From the NCBI GenBank assembly GCA_021683455.1, contig GCA_021683455.1_3051.2: DNA of 32,167 bases; one strand, given 5' to 3'. The notes beneath the pieces are model-generated. The model did no database searches and was not told the DNA's origin. It saw nothing but the letters and a program-made list of their open reading frames with translations. The stretch is from a phage. Position numbers and translations under genes: made by a program. The number at the start of each line of letters is the position of its first letter. Positions within the stretch are counted from its first letter, which is position 1. Below are positions 8,461 through 16,918 of this stretch, piece after piece.

Positions 8461-8936
8461 TTATAAAATATATCAAGGGCGATATTGTCGCCCTCTTTCT
8501 TGAAGGTAATATTATTGCGCACGGGTGCAATTGTTTTCATACTATGGGTTCAGGCGTAGCGGGTCAATTAGCAAGAGCCTATCCCAAAATTTTAGAAATA
8601 GATAAAACCACTACTGAGTACGGTTCTCGTGATAAATTAGGCGATATGTCTATTGTTTTTAAACATAGTCCTACGGGATTTGGTATATGCTATAACCTGT
8701 ATACGCAATACGAACCAGGTCCTAATCTTGATTATGGTGCTTTAGTAAACTGCATGATAGAATTAAATCTACAGGCAGAAACCCTTTTGTTTAAACCAGT
8801 AATTTACATTCCGCGTATAGGTTGTGGTATTGCTGGCGGCGATTGGGATAAGGTTTCTAAATTAATCGACATGTTTACTCCTGATATTGATTTAATAGTG
8901 GTGGATTATGAAAGTACATTACCCACATCCGTTTGA
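8457..8936 (+). CDS. macro-domain (ADP-ribose binding/processing) protein (tk.4-position ORF)
   Basis: KGDIVALFLEGNIIAHGCNCFHTMGSGVAGQLA and IPRIGCGIAGGDW resemble macro-domain ligand-binding motifs (compare E. coli YmdB); ATGA overlap with upstream stop. Confidence 0.6.
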   Translation: MIIKYIKGDIVALFLEGNIIAHGCNCFHTMGSGVAGQLARAYPKILEIDKTTTEYGSRDKLGDMSIVFKHSPTGFGICYNLYTQYEPGPNLDYGALVNCMIELNLQAETLLFKPVIYIPRIGCGIAGGDWDKVSKLIDMFTPDIDLIVVDYESTLPTSV

Positions 8937-9120
8937 TCCTAAAAACAAAGCAGTAATTATTCGTCAATGGGAACGCATTTGCCGTACTAAATGCCCAATT
9001 AATAGTCCACATGATGTAGATAAAGACTACATTGGAACATTCGTTGAATATACCTTTATTGATAAGAAAGGTCGTAAACAACATGTAGAAGAATATTGCT
9101 TAAAGGTTACATGGTTATGA
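8908..9120 (+). CDS. hypothetical protein
   Basis: 70-aa ORF with GGTGGA SD; overlaps macro-domain gene 3' end. Confidence 0.5.
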   Translation: MKVHYPHPFDPKNKAVIIRQWERICRTKCPINSPHDVDKDYIGTFVEYTFIDKKGRKQHVEEYCLKVTWL

Positions 9121-9323
9121 GCCAAACTAGTATTCTTAAAAATGCCCACTGTGAAAAGTGTAAGTGGCCGGTTGTTTTTGCTTTATGCAACGATGAAATG
9201 ACTTGTGATTTCGATTATTGGTGCTATTGTTCTAATAAAGGATGTATCAATCATAAAGGTGAAGGATTTTATTCGGGATTTTATCCTTATCCAGATTTCG
9301 TTAAAGAAGGTAAACCAAAATGA
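9117..9323 (+). CDS. small Cys-rich protein
   Basis: ATG 9117 overlaps upstream TGA; CEKCKW...CNDEMTCDFDYWCYCSNKGC cysteine cluster; track frame open from 9096. Confidence 0.45.
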   Translation: MSQTSILKNAHCEKCKWPVVFALCNDEMTCDFDYWCYCSNKGCINHKGEGFYSGFYPYPDFVKEGKPK

Positions 9324-9493
9324 ATAGTTTTGAGTTACAATACGAAGTGTTACGTGAGCTTGATAATTTAATTGAACTCGCTGCTAATAAAGGTTTTGCC
9401 ATTGGAATTGGTCAAAAAGATACTGATCATTTAACTATGGAAATATTTAAGCAAAAGCGAATTATTTTAAAACTCCTGGAAATTAATATATGA
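9320..9493 (+). CDS. small hypothetical protein (57 aa, below ORF-track cutoff)
   Basis: ATGA overlap at both ends linking flanking ORFs. Confidence 0.4.
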   Translation: MNSFELQYEVLRELDNLIELAANKGFAIGIGQKDTDHLTMEIFKQKRIILKLLEINI

Positions 9494-9675
9494 GTCTGAG
9501 TAAAGAACAAAAAGATAAATTGTTTGAGCTTATCCATGAACTTCTAGATGAGCATACAGAAGCAAACACCTTTTATGATGAATACGGCCCGCTATCTCCC
9601 GAACAGCAGGAAGAATTTGCTGATCGGTTTGATAAGAAAGAAAATGAATTAATAGCTTATGTGAATACGCTTTAA
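9490..9675 (+). CDS. small acidic protein
   Basis: 61-aa ORF starting at ATGA overlap. Confidence 0.5.
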   Translation: MSLSKEQKDKLFELIHELLDEHTEANTFYDEYGPLSPEQQEEFADRFDKKENELIAYVNTL

Positions 9676-9684
9676 GAAGGTGAT

Positions 9685-10266
9685 ATGGCGAGTTTAATTT
9701 TTACTTATGCAGCAATGAATGCTGGAAAATCTGCTTCTCTTTTGACTGCTGCACATAATTATAAAGAACGTGGAATGGGTGTATTAGTTCTTAAGCCTGC
9801 TATTGATACTCGCGATTCTGTCTGTGAAGTTGTTTCTCGCATTGGAATTAAGCAGGAAGCGAATATTATTACAGATGATATGGATATTTTCGAGTTCTAT
9901 AAATGGGCTGAAGCACAAAAAGATATTCATTGCGTATTTGTAGATGAAGCTCAGTTTTTAAAAACTGAACAGGTGCACCAATTAAGCCGAATTGTTGATA
10001 CATATAATGTTCCTGTTATGGCTTATGGATTAAGGACTGATTTCGCTGGAAAATTGTTTGAAGGTTCTAAAGAACTTTTGGCGATTGCAGATAAACTTAT
10101 TGAACTAAAGGCAGTTTGTCATTGCGGCAAAAAAGCGATTATGACAGCTCGATTAATGGAAGATGGAACACCAGTTAAAGAAGGTAATCAAATCTGTATT
10201 GGTGATGAAATTTATGTTTCTTTGTGTAGAAAACACTGGAACGAATTAACTAAAAAGCTCGGTTAG
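9685..10266 (+). CDS. tk: thymidine kinase
   Basis: P-loop MNAGKSAS, Walker B VFVDEAQF, C-terminal Cys zinc-ribbon (VCHCGKK...CIGDEIYVSLC); AAGAAGGTGA SD; 193 aa. Confidence 0.92.
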   Translation: MASLIFTYAAMNAGKSASLLTAAHNYKERGMGVLVLKPAIDTRDSVCEVVSRIGIKQEANIITDDMDIFEFYKWAEAQKDIHCVFVDEAQFLKTEQVHQLSRIVDTYNVPVMAYGLRTDFAGKLFEGSKELLAIADKLIELKAVCHCGKKAIMTARLMEDGTPVKEGNQICIGDEIYVSLCRKHWNELTKKLG

Positions 10267-10275
10267 TGCAAAAGT

Positions 10276-10283
10276 TATAAATA
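10276..10283 (+). promoter_or_regulatory. late promoter TATAAATA upstream of rI.1/rI
   Basis: Exact octamer ~26 nt upstream of ATG 10309. Confidence 0.7.
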
Positions 10284-10308
10284 GGTTTATCTAACTAAAG
10301 GGGTATAT

Positions 10309-10521
10309 ATGCTACAATTAACTGAAAAGCAACTTCGCAATCTTACTGTGCTTCAATTAGATGAAATTCGTAGGGAAGTTGGAAATATCATTTCAGCTTT
10401 GCGTCGAGAAGTATCACTCAACCAATCTCCGGCAGACTATACTAGATTGCGAAATTTTGAAAAATACCTTGATAAAGTTAAGGCCGTGCATCGGCATAAA
10501 GTAAATACAGGACAAAAATGA
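10309..10521 (+). CDS. hypothetical protein (rI.1-position ORF)
   Basis: AAAGGGG SD; exact TATAAATA late promoter at 10276-10283. Confidence 0.55.
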
Positions 10522-10533
10522 TAGGAGGCCTTT

Positions 10534-10827
10534 ATGGCCTTAAAAGCAACGGCACTTTTTGCCATGCTAGGATTGTCATTTGTTTTATCTCCATCGATTG
10601 AAGCGAATGTCGATCCTCATTTTGATAAATTTATGGAATCTGGTATTAGGCACGTTTATACACTTTTTGAAAATAAAAGCGTAGAATCGTCTGAACAATT
10701 CTATAGTTTTATGAGAACGACCTATAAAAATGACCCGTGCTCTTCTGATTTTGAATGTATAGAACGAGGCGCGGAGATGGCACAATCATACGCTAGAATT
10801 ATGAACATTAAATTGGAGACTGAATGA
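10534..10827 (+). CDS. rI: lysis-inhibition regulator rI
   Basis: 97 aa with N-terminal signal-anchor MALKATALFAMLGLSFVLSPS, matching T4 RI as I recall it; GGAGG SD. Confidence 0.8.
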   Translation: MALKATALFAMLGLSFVLSPSIEANVDPHFDKFMESGIRHVYTLFENKSVESSEQFYSFMRTTYKNDPCSSDFECIERGAEMAQSYARIMNIKLETE

Positions 10828-11210
10828 AATTCAGCGACTTTTCACAAAGTGGAAAACCTTCAAAGGCAGATGAATACTTAGGTTTATTAATGGCTGCACA
10901 AGCTTATTTTCATTCTGCACATTTTGAAACTAAAAGTTATGCTAGACACAAAGCATACGATTTTATTTTTTCCGAGTTGCCAGATTTGATTGATAAATTT
11001 GGTGAGCAATATTTGGGGTATTCTGGTAGAAAATACACGCCTTCAATTCCAGATGCCAGTAAACTTCCTACCGACACAATTAAAATGATTGATCGCATAC
11101 TAGACCAATCTAACAGCATTTATAAAGAAATGCCTCCAGCCATTCAAAGCACGATAGATGATATTACTGGAATGTTTTATCAGAGTAAGTATCTTCTTTC
11201 CCTCGAATAA
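10824..11210 (+). CDS. hypothetical protein (rI.-1-position ORF)
   Basis: ATGA overlap with rI stop; 128 aa; terminator follows. Confidence 0.55.
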
Positions 11211-11214
11211 CATT

Positions 11215-11237
11215 AGTCTCCTTCGGGAGACTTTTTT
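11215..11237 (+). terminator. intrinsic terminator (AGTCTCC-TTCG-GGAGACT + TTTTTT)
   Basis: 7-bp stem, UUCG loop, T-run. Confidence 0.8.
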
Positions 11238-11247
11238 CATTTTACCG

Positions 11248-11277
11248 GTTTACTTTTCGTTTGAGCCGTGGTACTAT
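11248..11277 (+). promoter_or_regulatory. early promoter (GTTTAC 11248-11253; TGGTACTAT -10 region)
   Basis: Directly follows terminator 11215-11237. Confidence 0.65.
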
Positions 11278-11305
11278 ACAACCATCGGATAAAGAGGAGA
11301 ACATC

Positions 11306-11494
11306 ATGAAAATTGAAGCACTTAATCAAGAAGGAAATATCTACGTCATCATTAATGGTGATTTTTTCGTCGACATGGATGAAGTTACTAGTGAAGAACT
11401 TGTAGAACTTCTTAAGAAACGTTATAATATGTGTGATGAAGTTGCAACTCACATGGCGTGTGCAATATTCTCTCTGTCATATGTGGTGGAATAA
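11306..11494 (+). CDS. small acidic protein
   Basis: AAGAGGAGA SD then ATG 11306; follows early promoter. Confidence 0.5.
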
Positions 11495-11697
11495 TGATTA
11501 GTATTGAACAAGCAGATAAAATTAAAGAATTGGTAGCTTCAATTCGTAAAGCAGATGAAGAGCTGATTGACTTTGCTTGGTATTCATCGGGTATTTCGAA
11601 TAAAGGCATTAAAGACTTTGAAACTAAAGTTGATAATGCTTTAGAAGCGTTAGATATGTTTCTTGATGAAATTATCGATCATAATACGAGAGTTTAA
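11494..11697 (+). CDS. small hypothetical protein
   Basis: ATG overlaps upstream TAA; 67 aa. Confidence 0.45.
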   Translation: MISIEQADKIKELVASIRKADEELIDFAWYSSGISNKGIKDFETKVDNALEALDMFLDEIIDHNTRV

Positions 11698-11699
11698 GT

Positions 11700-11894
11700 A
11701 TGCTAACACATGAACAGTTTGAAAAAATCATTAAATTAGCACGTGATATTGAAATAGATTCATATCAATTAGCAGTTGAGCATTGTGAAGGATATTCATA
11801 CGACGGTATAGAAACAGCTAAAAAGGATTTGGATAAATCTAAAGCTAAGTTAGTTCAATATCTTGAAATGATTAGGTGGAATAATGAAAACTGA
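11700..11894 (+). CDS. small hypothetical protein
   Basis: 64-aa ORF. Confidence 0.45.
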   Translation: MLTHEQFEKIIKLARDIEIDSYQLAVEHCEGYSYDGIETAKKDLDKSKAKLVQYLEMIRWNNEN

Positions 11895-12056
11895 AAAGCA
11901 GATGTTTTTAATGAAACTAATTGAAGAATATGCTAATGCAGTTTCTGACTATGAATGTTCTTCTCGGGAAAGAGGTACAGCTTTCGCCAAAGAAGAAATG
12001 AAAATCATGGTTGATGCTCATACAAAGCTTCAGAATTTTATTGAAAACGTCATTTA
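11885..12056 (+). CDS. small hypothetical protein (57 aa)
   Basis: ATG 11885 overlapping upstream ORF end; below track cutoff. Confidence 0.35.
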
Positions 12057-12059
12057 ATG

Positions 12060-12089
12060 GTTTACAAGTTGGCAAGGTTATGGTATAGT
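12060..12089 (+). promoter_or_regulatory. early promoter (GTTTAC 12060-12065; TGGTATAGT 12081-12089)
   Basis: 18-nt spacing, extended -10. Confidence 0.7.
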
Positions 12090-12224
12090 AATCTTGTCAA
12101 CTGTCAAGGAGAAGAGAATGAAAGTTTTGTTTGTTGTGTATGTGATGATTCAATATAATTACCCAATGTTTACTTATAATCTGGTGAACAACATTATTGA
12201 TATTATTCAAAGGAGTATGTAATT

Positions 12225-12782
12225 GTGAGTGAGTCGAAGAGAATCAATATGAAACGATTAGTATTAGAAGTTAGTCCGCTTTTTGGTGAATTGGCTATAG
12301 AAAAAGTAAATAACATGTATCGTTTGACGCAAGAAGACGATATGATGTATTTTACGCCTAGTGAAATCATTCATTTAACCCAAATTGAATATCCTTATAC
12401 TGATAAAATAGTAAGCATCAATGATGAGCACAAAATTCATTTTTATTCTTCATGCCCAGGATTTAATATTAAAAGTGAGTCAATGTGTTTATCAGTTATC
12501 CATTGGGATAGTTTTATAGATAAGATTAAATATTTTTATTATTCTAATGAAAGAAAACATAGTTTAAAATGGTTTAAAAATTGCAATGCTATTATTACTA
12601 ACGCTTGCAATCAGAACGATGAAACTCTTTTAAATGTATCAAAATGTTATGAAGAGGGAGATGTCTTAACTATTCGCCAAATTGACGATTTTCGATCACA
12701 TATTGTCACATTTACCAAAGACGAAGCTATTGCGCTAAAGACTTATCTTGATTCTGTCATTCCAACTATGATTTCAAAGTGA
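12225..12782 (+). CDS. hypothetical protein, first of a tandem paralog pair
   Basis: GTG start 9 nt after AAGGAG (alternative ATG 12249); C-terminus EAIALKTYLDSVIPTM resembles next ORF. Confidence 0.5.
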   Translation: MSESKRINMKRLVLEVSPLFGELAIEKVNNMYRLTQEDDMMYFTPSEIIHLTQIEYPYTDKIVSINDEHKIHFYSSCPGFNIKSESMCLSVIHWDSFIDKIKYFYYSNERKHSLKWFKNCNAIITNACNQNDETLLNVSKCYEEGDVLTIRQIDDFRSHIVTFTKDEAIALKTYLDSVIPTMISK

Positions 12783-12788
12783 GGAAAT

Positions 12789-13310
12789 ATGTTTATTTCA
12801 AGTGGAAGTGGTTTAATTCGCGTTAAATTTAAAAATGACATCTTCCTTAGTCAAGGAGATGATATTATTAAAATGAGTTATGACGAAATAAAGAAAATTT
12901 GTCATATTCTTGAAAGTCGTGGAAAAGGAAATGCTACTATCGATATAGGTGATTTATGGGTGACACTTTATGAAGTATCCGAAGGATTTAACATTGAAGA
13001 TGAAAATAACATTTTAGCTATTGATAAAAGAACTGATTTGCTTGATGTATTAAAAGTTTATGAACAGTCAAATGGTGGAAGAAAAGCTGCATTGATTTAT
13101 CAAAAACCACATTCATGTGGAACTGCTTCAATCATTTCAAATATTGAAGATGAAACTGATACTTATATGTGTGTTTTAAAAGCTGGTGGTGACCGTCATC
13201 CGGATTTTATTTCTATTCGTCAAAACAATGGAGAAATTTCATTATCAAAATCAGAAGCTGAAGCTATGATTAAGTATTTAACAACCGTTACGCCTTCAAT
13301 GAAAGGATAA
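12789..13310 (+). CDS. hypothetical protein, second of a tandem paralog pair
   Basis: GAGGAAA SD; C-terminus EAEAMIKYLTTVTPSM. Confidence 0.55.
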   Translation: MFISSGSGLIRVKFKNDIFLSQGDDIIKMSYDEIKKICHILESRGKGNATIDIGDLWVTLYEVSEGFNIEDENNILAIDKRTDLLDVLKVYEQSNGGRKAALIYQKPHSCGTASIISNIEDETDTYMCVLKAGGDRHPDFISIRQNNGEISLSKSEAEAMIKYLTTVTPSMKG

Positions 13311-13312
13311 TT

Positions 13313-13774
13313 ATGATTATTAATGAAAACTCTTGGCACTATAAATTATTCAAATTGTTTAACGATGAGTGGCAACGACCTAAGACACTATGCGCATATT
13401 TTTGGTCTATTGCCATTCCTACATTTTTCGTTTCTATTTTTGGATGTGCTATACTCGTAGGGCTAACAATTATCTGTGCAGAAAGTTTACAACGTTGGCT
13501 TATTTTCGGTAGTTTATGGACTCTTATTCCATCGGCATTTATACTTGCCATTTTGCTTGTTTTACTTATTATTGGTTCATTTGTTATTCCTGCACAACTG
13601 CATGAAAAATATAAAGATTATAAATGGAAAAAGGATTATGCTTTACATGTAGAAAATATTGATAGGGCGTATAAAGGTTTACCTCCTATTCAACCCAAGA
13701 AATCGATTATCGTTGAATTTTTAAAAGCTCGTAAAGCTAAAGTATGTCCTGTTATTGAATATAAGGCTGAATGA
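13313..13774 (+). CDS. integral membrane protein
   Basis: Two long hydrophobic segments then basic C-terminal tail. Confidence 0.55.
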   Translation: MIINENSWHYKLFKLFNDEWQRPKTLCAYFWSIAIPTFFVSIFGCAILVGLTIICAESLQRWLIFGSLWTLIPSAFILAILLVLLIIGSFVIPAQLHEKYKDYKWKKDYALHVENIDRAYKGLPPIQPKKSIIVEFLKARKAKVCPVIEYKAE

Positions 13775-14784
13775 TGAAAACAGTAATGAAAAGCTATTTT
13801 GGTAGTCATCTTTATGGAACTTCTACTCCAGAATCTGATGTAGATTTTAAAGAAATCTTTGTTCCTCCTGCTCGCGATATTCTTATCGGAAATGTTAAAG
13901 AGCACATGAGTAAAAACACTAACAACACATCATCTAAAAACACTAAAGATGATATTGACCATGAACTATACAGTCTTAAGTATTTCTTTAAATTAGCAGC
14001 AGATGGTGAAACTGTAGCATTGGATATGCTTCACACTCCACCTGAACTAGTGGTTAAATCTGATTTGCCTGATGTGTGGAAGTTTATTCAAGACAACCGT
14101 TCTCGTTTTTATACGACTAACATGAAATCCTATTTAGGATATGTTCGCAAGCAAGCTTCTAAATACGGTGTCAAGGGTTCTCGTTTGGCTGCATTACGCG
14201 ATGTATTGAAAGTAGTTAATCAAATCCCTGACCAGTGGGTCGACTATCAAGAAGGAATCCCTGATAGACTTCGTCGTACTAAGGTAGAAGATATTAAACA
14301 CAGACTCCCTGAAAACGAATTCTGTGAATGGGTGTTCCATAATCACGAGAAAACAGGCCCGCAAACGTTCTACACTGTGTTGGGTCGTAAATATCAGACA
14401 ACACTTTCTCTTATTGAGCTTAAGCAGTCACTGAACAAATTAGATGCTGAATATGGTGAACGTGCTCGTAAAGCCGAAGCTAATGAAGGTATTGATTGGA
14501 AAGCTCTGAGTCATGCTTGTCGTGGTGGACTTCAACTATTGGAAATTTACAAAACTGGTGACTTGATTTATCCACTCCAAGATGCTCCATTTATTCTCGA
14601 CGTGAAGTTGGGTAAGCATCCATTTAAAACGGTCCAAGAGTTTTTGGAAGATGTGGTCGATCAAGTAGAAGCAGCATCTATTGAAGCTTCTAAGAATGGT
14701 ATGCAGCAAAAAGTTGACATGAGTTTCTGGGATGACTTCCTTGAGAAGGTCTATCTTGAAAACCACCGAAGTTATTATAAATGA
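13771..14784 (+). CDS. Pol-beta-fold nucleotidyltransferase-like protein (nrdC.11-position ORF)
   Basis: N-terminal YFGSHLYGTSTPESDVDF matches the hG[GS]x9-13-DhD nucleotidyltransferase signature; 337 aa; followed by intrinsic terminator. Confidence 0.6.
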   Translation: MMKTVMKSYFGSHLYGTSTPESDVDFKEIFVPPARDILIGNVKEHMSKNTNNTSSKNTKDDIDHELYSLKYFFKLAADGETVALDMLHTPPELVVKSDLPDVWKFIQDNRSRFYTTNMKSYLGYVRKQASKYGVKGSRLAALRDVLKVVNQIPDQWVDYQEGIPDRLRRTKVEDIKHRLPENEFCEWVFHNHEKTGPQTFYTVLGRKYQTTLSLIELKQSLNKLDAEYGERARKAEANEGIDWKALSHACRGGLQLLEIYKTGDLIYPLQDAPFILDVKLGKHPFKTVQEFLEDVVDQVEAASIEASKNGMQQKVDMSFWDDFLEKVYLENHRSYYK

Positions 14785-14786
14785 TA

Positions 14787-14810
14787 GGGAGCCTTCGGGC
14801 TCCCTTTTTT
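14787..14810 (+). terminator. intrinsic terminator (GGGAGCC-TTCG-GGCTCCC + TTTTTT)
   Basis: 7-bp GC-rich stem, UUCG loop, T6. Confidence 0.85.
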
Positions 14811-14835
14811 ATTTCAAAAATTTTTTCACAAAACG

Positions 14836-14865
14836 GTTTACAAACATAAGGCTTTATGGTATTAT
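14836..14865 (+). promoter_or_regulatory. early promoter (GTTTAC 14836-14841; TGGTATTAT 14857-14865)
   Basis: Directly follows terminator 14787-14810. Confidence 0.75.
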
Positions 14866-14888
14866 ACAACTATCAACTACTGATACAG
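14857..14888 (+). repeat. 32-nt early promoter -10/leader cassette, copy 2
   Basis: 31/32 identical to 14-45 by eye. Confidence 0.85.
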
Positions 14889-14902
14889 ATTTGGAGAATA
14901 AA

Positions 14903-15871
14903 ATGAAAACTGTAACTATCAATAAGGGTATCTACTTCGGTAAAGAAATCTCTGGAACTTTTGAGCTCTTAGGCGAATGGTTCCCAGATAATGCTCCGGT
15001 AGATGCACAAGGAGATGGTAAAGTTTTTGTTGAAATTGACGGTAAACGTCGCGGTGTTTGGGTTTACAAATCAGACATTTCATATGATGGTGTAAAAGTT
15101 GAAGAAGTTAAAGAATCGTATGAAGATATGAAAACCCGCATTAATAAAAGATTTAATGTTATGGGAATGATGACGAATGGTATTATTAACGGAAACATTC
15201 GTTCATTAATTATCTCTGGTGCAGCAGGTATTGGTAAAACGTATTCTTTAGATAAAGCTTTAAATAAAGCAAATGATATTGGATACATTGAATATAAAAG
15301 CATTAACGGTAAAATCTCCGGTATCGGTCTTTATGAGCAGCTTTGGAATAATCGTGAAGAGAATTCTGTCCTTTTGATTGATGATGTGGATGTTTTCTCT
15401 GATATGGATATTCTTAATCTTCTAAAAGCCGCTCTGGACACTGGAGAGACCCGTAAAGTCTGCTGGAGCACTGCATCTTCTTACTTAGAAGAAAAAGGCA
15501 TTGAGCGTGAGTTTGAATTTAAAGGAACGATTGTTTTTATCACAAACGTTGACATTGACCGCGAATTAGACCGTGGTACTAAACTTGCTCCACATTTACA
15601 AGCATTAGTGTCCCGCTCAGTTTATTTGGATTTGGGTGTTCACACTAATGAAGAAATTATGGTCAGGGTTGAAGATGTTATTCTTTCAACTGACATGATG
15701 CAAAAGCGCGGTCTTTCTGATGAAGAAACTTATAAAGCATTATCATGGATGAAAGTCAATGTTAATCGTTTACGCAATGTTTCACTGCGTACTGCTCTTT
15801 ATCTTGCTGACTTTATTATGACCGACAAAAACGGTTGGGAAGAAATCGCTGAGGTTACTCTTCTGAAATAA
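14903..15871 (+). CDS. AAA+-like ATPase (nrdC.10-position ORF)
   Basis: Walker A SGAAGIGKT, Walker B VLLIDDVD, sensor-1-like FITN; first ATG after early promoter; track frame 14732 crosses terminator and promoter. Confidence 0.6.
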   Translation: MKTVTINKGIYFGKEISGTFELLGEWFPDNAPVDAQGDGKVFVEIDGKRRGVWVYKSDISYDGVKVEEVKESYEDMKTRINKRFNVMGMMTNGIINGNIRSLIISGAAGIGKTYSLDKALNKANDIGYIEYKSINGKISGIGLYEQLWNNREENSVLLIDDVDVFSDMDILNLLKAALDTGETRKVCWSTASSYLEEKGIEREFEFKGTIVFITNVDIDRELDRGTKLAPHLQALVSRSVYLDLGVHTNEEIMVRVEDVILSTDMMQKRGLSDEETYKALSWMKVNVNRLRNVSLRTALYLADFIMTDKNGWEEIAEVTLLK

Positions 15872-15972
15872 TTCATAAGAGGACTTCTATGACAAAAAGG
15901 CAGTTCAGAAATAGATTATATGGACTGCCATCAAAAAGATGACTAGAATTAAACTGGTGAATGGAGGTAGTG

Positions 15973-16275
15973 ATGTTATACTCAAAGGCTCGTGAAATTT
16001 ATGAAACTAAAATTAAAGACGCGGTTCATCAGTTCGCAACGACAATGCGTTGGACAAATGACTGGGAATACTCCAAGAATCATAAGAAGCCCTTGGTGAC
16101 AAGAAAGGCTCATATGTTAGTGTTAATAGACCGTGAGCAGATTAAAGCCCGAGAAGCCCTCCAGAATCATAAAAAGGCTGCCTTTGAATGGTTTATGGAT
16201 AACACTGCTCCTGAGACTAAGAAAGCGGTCAGCGCATGGTTCAGTGGAAAAAATTGTGAAAGAAGTTTCTTTTAG
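15973..16275 (+). CDS. hypothetical basic protein
   Basis: GGAGG SD then ATG 15973; 100 aa. Confidence 0.5.
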   Translation: MLYSKAREIYETKIKDAVHQFATTMRWTNDWEYSKNHKKPLVTRKAHMLVLIDREQIKAREALQNHKKAAFEWFMDNTAPETKKAVSAWFSGKNCERSFF

Positions 16276-16277
16276 TT

Positions 16278-16308
16278 GTTTACAAGACTGTTCCTCTGTG
16301 GTACTATA
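16278..16308 (+). promoter_or_regulatory. early promoter (GTTTAC 16278-16283; TGGTACTAT 16299-16308)
   Basis: Upstream of ATG 16336. Confidence 0.65.
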
Positions 16309-16322
16309 CAACTATCAACTAC
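16299..16322 (+). repeat. early promoter -10/leader cassette, copy 3 (24 nt)
   Basis: Identical to first 24 nt of copy 1, then diverges into GGAGG SD. Confidence 0.8.
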
Positions 16323-16335
16323 GGAGGAACAGAAA

Positions 16336-16863
16336 ATGAATGCTAAAGATATTTTCAACCTGGTAAATTACAACGATGGTAAATTTAAATCTGAAGCACA
16401 AAGCAAGTTCTTTAATGACATCTCAATCGGAGGTGAAATCACTGTTGATGGAGGACAAATTTACAAATCCCGTTGGAATTGGATCGTTATTATTGATGAA
16501 ATTGGTATTGTAGAAATTTACAAAAATACGAATAAAAATCGTACATTACACTGGTCTCGTGATACTAACGAACAGTACAAAAAGGATAAAGCATCTAAAT
16601 TATCTCGTGTAACTCAAGAAGATATTGAGTTCATCAAGAAAGATATTTTAATGTATGATAACTTAATTGCTGAAGAGCAAGCTGTTATTGATAAATTTGA
16701 TGAGATTAAAGCTTCTCGTGAAATTCCTGATTTTATGAAAGAATCAGTAAATGAACGATACACTCTCATTTCAGAGCGTATTGAAACTTACAAAAAGCAA
16801 AGAGCTGAACGCCAGAACACTCTTCGGAAATTTGAAGAACGGTTAAAGACGGTACTCGCATAA
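16336..16863 (+). CDS. hypothetical protein
   Basis: GGAGG SD then ATG 16336, after early promoter; 175 aa. Confidence 0.55.
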   Translation: MNAKDIFNLVNYNDGKFKSEAQSKFFNDISIGGEITVDGGQIYKSRWNWIVIIDEIGIVEIYKNTNKNRTLHWSRDTNEQYKKDKASKLSRVTQEDIEFIKKDILMYDNLIAEEQAVIDKFDEIKASREIPDFMKESVNERYTLISERIETYKKQRAERQNTLRKFEERLKTVLA

Positions 16864-16865
16864 CC

Positions 16866-16889
16866 GCTTTATACCAAGGATGGTATAAT
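16866..16889 (+). promoter_or_regulatory. middle-promoter-like element (MotA-box-like GCTTTA 16866-16871, 12 nt, TATAAT 16884-16889)
   Basis: Matches T4 middle promoter geometry; box lacks leading T. Confidence 0.45.
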
Positions 16890-16918
16890 GGTTCTAAGCC
16901 CTTTTAATTGAGATTATT

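Noticed and set aside
14732-14902. Upstream extension of the AAA+-like ORF
   Set aside because: It would read through an intrinsic terminator and an early promoter; ATG 14903 with SD is the sensible start.
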